Notes under the pieces: generated by a model
The model's database searches: none
Seen by the model: the letters and a program-made list of their open reading frames with translations, nothing else
Told to the model about the DNA's origin: nothing
Shown: in pieces, positions 1-7,600 of the stretch
How positions within the stretch are numbered: the stretch's first letter is position 1
Layout of the letters: every line of letters begins with the position of its first letter
Assembly (NCBI GenBank): GCA_043228905.1
Contig: JBHGNT010000579.1
Location: 1 to 20,134, forward strand
DNA length: 20,134 bases
Source of the DNA: Azolla caroliniana
Taxonomy: Eukaryota > Plantae > Polypodiophyta
Reading direction: 5' to 3'
Position numbers and translations under genes: made by a program

Positions 1-20
1 GCACTACTAATCGACAGCGT

Positions 21-3000
21 GTGGCCCATGTGACAGAAAACACACTTAGGATGACCCTATGGAATTGTAACGGCGCACTCTGGACACACCCCGGCCGCCT
101 AGAGGGGATATTAAAGGAATCAGATATAGTTTGCCTAGTAGAAACACACCAAAGCCCAAATAGGGGACTCCCACGAGTCAAAGGATTTCGTTGGGAGTCG
201 GCTTTTAGACAAACCTCACGTCGATGCACGACTAGGGGATCTGGCGGTGTCGCAATATTGTTTCGGAGGGAGCTACATAATAGGATAGAAATACTGAGCA
301 CAGACCCAGAAGCTCGTTTTATGTGGGCGAAAGTCTCCACAAGCAAGGACAAGGCAGTAATTTTCGCCATTTGTTACTTTCCCCCGAAAGGCTCTCATTA
401 TAATCTGGCTAGCGAGGCGAGATTAGTTGATGACGGAGTGCCACATGGGCCTTCCCCATATGAACCTCTATCGGATGACATAATCCAATATTCTTCCCAA
501 GGAGAAGTATTCCTTGTAGGAGACTTTAATGCGAGAACCCAATCCCGACAATGCACAATATTTCAAATGAATAGAAACCTAGAAATGGTAAATGTCGATC
601 CCTCAGACATAGACACCACACGTAGATCAAAGGATCAAGGTGCAGACGCCACGAGCTTTGGCCATCATTTGCTCGAACTCGGTAGTCGGCACCAGATGGT
701 CATATATAATGGTTTAGCCAAGTGGCCAGGTTCAGCAGAGCTCACATGTTTCCCACATGGAGGAGGGGAAAGCATAGTCGATTATCTAATAGGACGCCTT
801 GAAGCTACCCACATGATTAACTCCTTCCAAGTGGCCCCATGTCCTATTGGCGCAGACCATAGTTTCTTATACTTCGAGATAAAATGTGATATCTCTAACG
901 TCACCAACTCTAGTCAACCACGCCATGACATCACAATACATTTCACACATGAGCTCTCTGACATATATGCTCGACATGTTCAAGCCCATCTCTCCTCCCT
1001 TGATCCCTCCCTACCTTTAGAGAGCCTTAATACAAAACTCACACACATCCTTCACTCTGCAGCAGTTAGCAGTTTCCCATACACGAAACACTCCAATCAA
1101 GGTAAAGTAGGATCTATGCCACAAAATAGATGGTATGATGAGGATTGTAGGTGCTTACATTGACAACTTACAATATCGCAAGTCAGTGGTAGTATTACCT
1201 CAGTACAAGCTCGTAAAGAAATGCGCAAGATGACACGTCGTAAGAGACGAGCATGGGAGGCATCCCAATATTGGGAACTCTACCACATGCTCATGAGTAG
1301 CGATTGTGCCACTGCATGGAAGAGATTACGAGAACCAAGACCACAAACACCCATCGAAGATCCCGTAACTTGGCACACTTATACAGAGAGACTTTACCAA
1401 ATCCCAAACCAACCACCCATTCCAATGCCTTCTACACCCCGACCTACTGTGGGGACACTCTTCACGACCTCTAGGGTCACGAAGGTCATAAAGAAATTAC
1501 AACATAGGAAGTCCATGGACCACACAGGATTGCGAGCAAAACACATCATATACACGAGAGAGTGCCTAGCTCCCTTGCTAACTCTAATCTTCAATCGTGC
1601 CCTCGCAGAGGGTTTTCCACCACAATGGACCATGAACACAGTGGCCCCCATACATAAAGGGGGGGACCCCATGGACCCAAATACTTATAGGACCATTATG
1701 ATAGGTCATACCCTTGCTAAATTATATGGTGCAGTAATGGAGGCAGAGCTTAGCGAGTATATGGAGACCTTAAATCTTCGTGCACCTAAACAGGCTGGCT
1801 TTAGACGAGCCTTCTCCACTATTGACCATATCTTCACACTTAGATGCTTAATTGACCAGACTAAGGCTCGCAAGAAGAAACTATATTGTTGTTTTGTGGA
1901 CTTCTGCAAAGCCTTTAACACGGTCCCTAGAGAGCGGTTGTTTGATAGGCTTAAGAGCTTGAGGATACCGGATGACATGGTTTGGGCCATCTACGCACTA
2001 TATGAACAAGTGTCCGGGTGTGTTCGATGCCCAAGCGGCATATCCGATAGTTTCACTAGCACTATTGGTGTAAAACAAGGTTGCCCCTTATTTCCGACTC
2101 TTTTTGGGATCTACATTGATGAGATCACAGATTTTATTCCTCGTAAGGGAGGCAATGGAGTAGTCCTTGGGGATACGCAGGTACGTATCTTGCTCTATGC
2201 AGACGACATAGTTTTGCTCTTTGAATCCGAACACGACCTACAAAGGCACCTTAATGCCTTAGATGACTTTTGTACACAACGAGGATTGGTAGTGAATCTA
2301 GGGAAAACTAAAGTCCTTATCTTCCACACGTCAACCCAAGTTAGAGCTAAGTGTCACCTAACTATCTCCCATAGCCTAGTTGAGGTGGTTGGATCATATG
2401 TCTATCTCGGAGTCACTTTCAGTGCCCGCTCAGGTAAATTTTCGATGACACAAGCAGCGAAGGATAGACTTACAAGAGGACATGCATCCCTCTCACTCCT
2501 CGAGAGACAATGCCACCAAGCATACTTCCAAGAGCCACGAACTAAAGGGTGGCTCTTTGACTCATTAGTGACTCCCTCTCTCATGTATGCATCAACAGTT
2601 TGGGCCCCAGGACTACCATCTTTCATGTGGACGCAATTAGAGAGACCATTGGTGATGATGTTATCCCGCCAACTCCGAAGCAAATCGTCGGTCCCACATG
2701 ACATTATTAGGGCTGAGTTCACTCTACCCCCTATGTTAGTAGAAGCACTTTTTCAACTGGTAGTCTTTATACACAGGATACATAACCAACCACTTGATAG
2801 AATATCCCACCAAGCCTTTAAGGCTTCTCGGGCACTGTATGAGTCCGGCTATACTAGCTCATGGTATGGCATGATGGTGAGTTGGCTTCTTGCCAACGGT
2901 CTAGACATTAATAACCTCCCCCCCCTTAAGTACGACCACACGACGGATAACACTTTAATCTCTCATGAGGACCGTAATAAAGTAATACGCCAAGACATAT

Positions 3001-3764
3001 GGCAAATTTATACTCGGTATAAATGGATCACCCCACTAGGGCCACTCCCATCTAAAATGTCGTACTATAAGGAACACTTTATGCACTTCTCTGAGTTAGG
3101 TTTTATCACGCGCCCAAAATATCTAGATGTATTCTTACCACATGCACTAAGGGTTGCCATTGGTCAACTTAGAATATCATCTCACCAACTTGAGATTGAG
3201 AATGGACGTACTAATGGAGTCCCTAGGGAGGAAAGGATATGTAGGTTATGCCACATAGAGATAGAGGATGAGTACCATTTTACATGCAAATGCCCCACCT
3301 ATGCCGAGATAAGGGCAAAATACCAAGACATACTTGGTTCCTCTCCCACCCTCCCTAAACTATTAGATACACTAGATATAAAGAAATTAGGTAGATACAT
3401 CTTAGAATTGAAACAACACAGAGAGAATAAATTACAAAACGTTGATAATAATGTTGCTAATGTTTACCAACATATAACAAATGAAGTTTTTCAGGAACAG
3501 GGGGAGACAATGAATGTCGACACACCTGCACCACTCGGACTTTTCCTTGATGAAGCAAAAAATCAAAGAAGAACCAAACGCCCTCGGATGCCGGGTTTCA
3601 AAGCAACTCGACGAGATGTAGAAGCAATAAAGAAAATAAGGGAATGTGAACTACACCGCCTAGAAGCCATGGCTAGGGCACTCTATGCATCGGGACCATG
3701 GGTCACACCCACACCAAAAACATTTGACCTCCCACTTCTTTTTGAGAGACTTGGGTGGAAATGA
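21..3764 (+). pseudogene. LINE endonuclease/reverse transcriptase polyprotein (~1247 codons) interrupted by one in-frame TGA at 1161-1163
   Basis: ORFs 21..1163 and 1221..3764 are in the same frame, and 1164-1220 is open (QLTISQVSGSITSVQARKE). The frame is also open back to the window edge; the first ATG is at 51. Confidence 0.9.
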
Positions 3765-3886
3765 GATTAGGCTTAGTGCAAAGTTTTGTACACTACTAGA
3801 ACTTTCTTAGCTTAAGCTATTTTCTTTTATTTTAGTTTTGATGATTGGATAAACACTCATTTTTGTTGTAACCCAATTGTCTCATG

Positions 3887-3900
3887 GGCCAAATTTGGCC
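3887..3900 (+). other. LINE 3'-terminal stem-loop (GGCCAAATTTGGCC)
   Basis: Perfect palindrome ~20 nt before the tail. Related hairpins occur at the 3' ends of three other LINE copies (8606-8618, 11685-11699, 19410-19423). Confidence 0.75.
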
Positions 3901-3920
3901 TTAGAAGACGTTAAAATATC

Positions 3921-3939
3921 TTTCTTTCTTTCTTTTCTT

Positions 3940-3972
<33 letters not shown>
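3921..3972. repeat. Compound microsatellite (TTTC)n-(TC)n-(TA)n
   Basis: Directly visible in the sequence. Confidence 0.95.
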
Positions 3973-4392
3973 TTCTAAATGGTTAAAATGCTTTCGTGGT
4001 TCGGCTCGGTTAAACTCTTAAATTTTCTAAATGGTTCAGTTTTAAATGGAAATGCCACTATAAAACGTATGAGTTGAACCCATGAGTCCGGTTTAAATGC
4101 TGTCGTGGTTCGGCTCGGTTAAACTTGTAAATTTTCTAAACGGTTCAGTTTTAAACGGAAATGCCACTAAAACGTATGAGTTGAACCCATAGTCATTTTA
4201 AACGGAAATGCCACTATAAAACGTATGAGTTGAAACCATAGTCATGGGTTCCGTTTAAAATGACTATGGGTTCAACTCATACGTTTTATAGTGGCATTTC
4301 CGTTTAAAACTGAACCGTTTAGAAAATTTAAGCTAAACCTCGAAAGCCTTTAAACCGTTTAGAAAAAAATATATATATATATAGAGAGAGAG
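3944..4392. mobile_element. Foldback/MITE-like non-autonomous element with internal tandem units and microsatellite ends
   Basis: The left end (TC)n(TA)n-TTTCTAAATGGTTAAA mirrors the right end TTTAAACCGTTTAGAAA-(TA)n(GA)n. A ~80-bp near-perfect inverted repeat spans 4128-4205 vs 4251-4330. Direct units lie at ~3987-4095 and ~4096-4195, with a partial unit at 4196-4245. Confidence 0.7.
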
Positions 4393-4471
4393 ATCAAATA
4401 AGTAAAAAAATACTAAGAATTTTGCAAGAACTTCCTGCTCCTCCTCCCAAGAACTGCAGAAAATGTCACTC

Positions 4472-4583
4472 TCTCACTCGCCTCCTTCTGTGTAATCAAT
4501 CTCACTCGCCCCCTTTCTGTGTAACAATCTCACTCGCCTCCTTCTGTGTAACCAATCTCACTCGTCTCCTTCTGTGTAACCAA
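4472..4583. repeat. Tandem repeat, 4 x 28 bp (TCTCACTCGCCTCCTTCTGTGTAACCAA)
   Basis: Units at 4472, 4500, 4528 and 4556, head-to-tail with no spacers. Confidence 0.95.
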
Positions 4584-4644
4584 CCACAACCAGACAGAAG
4601 ACGAAGAAGGAGAAGAAGAGGATAAAGGAACGTCAAATTTCTCC

Positions 4645-4698
4645 ATGGCCTCTGCTCAGATAGTAGAAAGACCGGCATTTCTGAAGCCTGAAGATGGA
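4645..4698 (+). CDS. ZMYND10: ZMYND10 exon 1 (MASAQIVERPAFLKPEDG)
   Basis: ATG in CCATGG context, donor GTAAGC, phase 0. No recognisable homology, so less certain than the other exons. Confidence 0.7.
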
Positions 4699-7600
4699 GT
4701 AAGCCGGCATTTCTTGATTTGCTTATTTAACATTTATCTGAGTTCTTATCAACATTTGTCGGTATTATGTTTATATATGATCTTAATGTGCTTTGCTTAA
4801 TCTTTGCTTAATTTCCATAAAATATTAGTTCATGTGACTAAGGCTAGTTAATATGCTTGTCTTATTTCCTTTAAAGTTTTATTCATTTGCCTGATCCTAT
4901 AATATGCCTGCTTCATTTTGTTTGAATCTTTGTCCAAATTCTCATTATGTATTTCATGATCTTTATCCATTTGCTTAATCTTTGCCTATTGTCCATCAAA
5001 TTCTAGATGTTTTAATATGGCTTTATTTGATTTCAGTATGCTTGCTTAATCTTTGTGTAATTGACTTCAAATCGTTGTTTATTTATCTGACCTTAAAATG
5101 CTTCGCTCTAATTTCATGTAAAGATATTTTTTCATTTTCTGATTTTATATTTCTGAGTGCTTTATCTGTGCCTGATTTCCTTTAAACTCTTTGTTCATCA
5201 TTCTAGGTTCTCCTTACAAGTCATGAGGCTGATTACATGGTCGAGAATCTTCGAATCTTTGACATCGAACAGGTAATACATGTCTATATGAATAGTAACA
5301 AGATTTGTCTTGGTTTTACATTTGGTTCTGCAAACTCAAAATTCTGTACCGATGCTCACTGCAAAACCTGATTTTCAAAATAAAAATTTGTTTGGCGTTT
5401 CGTATGGCAGCATGCTGGGAAACCTTTTTCCTACTTATTGGCAAAAAATTTGCTTTTCTTGGATGCTATCATGATTCAAAATCATGAGAAAAAAACAAAA
5501 TTGATAGGAATGGAGTTAAGAAAATGATATATATTCATGTATATAGGGTAGAAATTGACGAGAAACCAATGCATGTTTATAGCAATTTAATAGAAAATCA
5601 AATTGTATCCATGCAAACCAATTTGTAGGAGTTTATTGGATATTTAACAAATATCTAATGTATCCAGGAGATACTGCCACTTTAGGCTATGCTTGTTTTA
5701 CTCGGAGTTCGCAACAAGGGAAGATTCGAAATCATGAGAAAAAGACAAAATTGATAGGAATGGAGTTAAGAAAATGATATATATTCATGTATATAGGGTA
5801 GAAATTGACGAGAAACCAATGCATGTTTATAGCAATTTAATAGAAAATCAAATTGTATCCATGCAAACCAATTTGTAGGAGTTTATTGGATATTTAACAA
5901 ATATCTAATGTATCCAGGAGATACTGCCACTTTAGGCTATGCTTGTTTTACTCGGGGTTCGCAACAAGGGAATATAATTTGCATTAAAACAAGAGTGATG
6001 GTGAAACTGCAAATTGGAATACATTAGCCCTAAAGTGGAATATCTAGAACAGCCGCATGATCTTTTTTTTCCTTATGTAACAATTTCCAAGATCAAATTT
6101 TCACATTGCTTTTATATTGACTATAAAGTGTTCAAAGTTTTATAGACTAATTTTCTAATTCAAGTTAATTCTTTTGCATGTGCAACTGAGTATTTACTAT
6201 TTGTGTTCAACTAGACTCTCATTTTTTGTAGAATTTGAATTCTTATAATTTTTCTGAGAAGGTCGGGGATGCAGATTGGATGGCCCAACATGAGATTATA
6301 GAGAAGCTCAATCTTCAGGTATCTTGCAAATAACTATTTAAGAATATTAATACATTACAATCTTAATATTTGAAACTTATCATCAAAAGTCTGTAATGTA
6401 TTCTAGTTCTTGATAGGAAGATGCCTTCAAAGGAACTGCATGAAAATTAAAAATGGGCATATTACAGGTGGGTTCAACTAACAAGTCTTTTGTAATGCTG
6501 ATACATTCCTAAGACTGTGATACATAGGAATTGAGGGCCTTATTTCTGATTTGAGCTGTCCCAAGTGACATATATAGTAAACAGGGTTCTCTTTTCTAAC
6601 CATGTCTATACTTGCATTGTGGAAAAATACCAGAGATTACTTGCACCTCACCACTGTTATAGAATGAATATTCTTCCATGTGCCACATTCTAGAATTGGA
6701 AGTTAGGAATTTGGGATCCTATTTATGATTTGAACTGTCCCACATCTCTGAATAGTAACAAGTTTCTCTTTCCTAACTTTGTATCCATTGGCAAACAGTG
6801 AGTTGGTTGTATGTTGTAACAAGTCCCATGCCCCTTTTTCACTGCATTCATTGATTATGTGGTCGAGTTACATTCTATGTAGGATCATTTAATCCCATAA
6901 CATTCTTCCTAGTATTACCAACTCTTCCAAAAGGTAAGGATTGTTGACAGTTACACTGCATAATTCTTTATTAATTGATAGACAATCTTAGAGTTGAAAA
7001 TAGAAGCAAAATGCAGAATGTGCATGCATGACTTCAAATGAGCTGCAATTATGTATTAAATGTCTGGGAAATGACTCATCTTTCGTACTGTTTCATTTTT
7101 CAGGCACACTATAATACCATGACACACTCAGATGATTTTGTGATGGGAGTAAGTACCATGTATTATTAATATTTAAATAGGTACATCATGTATTTGTTTC
7201 TTTATTTTTACTCATTCATAGTTTTTTTGCTGTGAGGATAGAGTAGGGGAGGTCAAAATCAGAATCAAAATTTGAGAGCCAGATCATTTCACACACATTG
7301 AGAAATAATCAGCTTCTCAAGTTGCATTGCATGGATGCTTTATGAATCTTACTTCAGATTAGGTTCCCAGAACCTAACCACAAAATTTTGGGGTTTGAGG
7401 AGTTGAAAGAAATGCTTCCAAAAACGTGAAATGAATTGGAGGCCATGAATGGACTTGCCACTTTGGTTGGCAACTGCAGATTGTTGTTTCATGTAAGATT
7501 CCAATAACATTGTGGATCCAAAAATGCATAGGGAGGTCTAGTTAAAACTCCACTGGGTTAACTTGCTCTTTGATGTGGAAAGGGCCTAAGTGCTTGTAGA

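Larger units (their letters stand above)
1..3945 (+). mobile_element. Non-LTR retrotransposon (LINE, APE-RT-CCHC type, RTEX/RTE-like), family A; 5' end lies outside the window
   Basis: APE motifs (LWNCNG, LVETH, SGGVAIL, VGDFNAR, SIVDY, ADHS), RT motifs (YRTI, QAGFR, VDF-KAF, GVKQGCP, LLYADD), C-terminal CRLC-x7-H-x4-C, a ~155-nt 3' UTR and a (TTTC)n tail at 3921-3945. The clade is inferred from domain layout, not from a tree. Confidence 0.95.

Noticed and set aside
21-1163. Separate LINE ORF1 or a two-gene nuclease plus RT system (retron/defence-like)
   Set aside because: It is the APE domain in frame with the RT, split by one stop; the 3' tail and multiple decayed copies mark a LINE.
1394-2722. 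Three minus-strand ORFs of 92-106 aa
   Set aside because: Antisense shadows of the RT coding region with no recognisable motifs.
4472-4583. CRISPR-like array (28-bp repeats)
   Set aside because: The units are contiguous with no unique spacers, there are no cas genes, and the context is eukaryotic.
4422-4625. 67-aa Cys/Arg-rich ORF
   Set aside because: Produced by the 28-bp repeat and the GAA tract, with a TTG start.
7359-7393. Helitron-like 3' hairpin (TTAGGTTC-CCA-GAACCTAA)
   Set aside because: No suitably placed CTAG end and no 5' TC boundary identified; a short stem can arise by chance.
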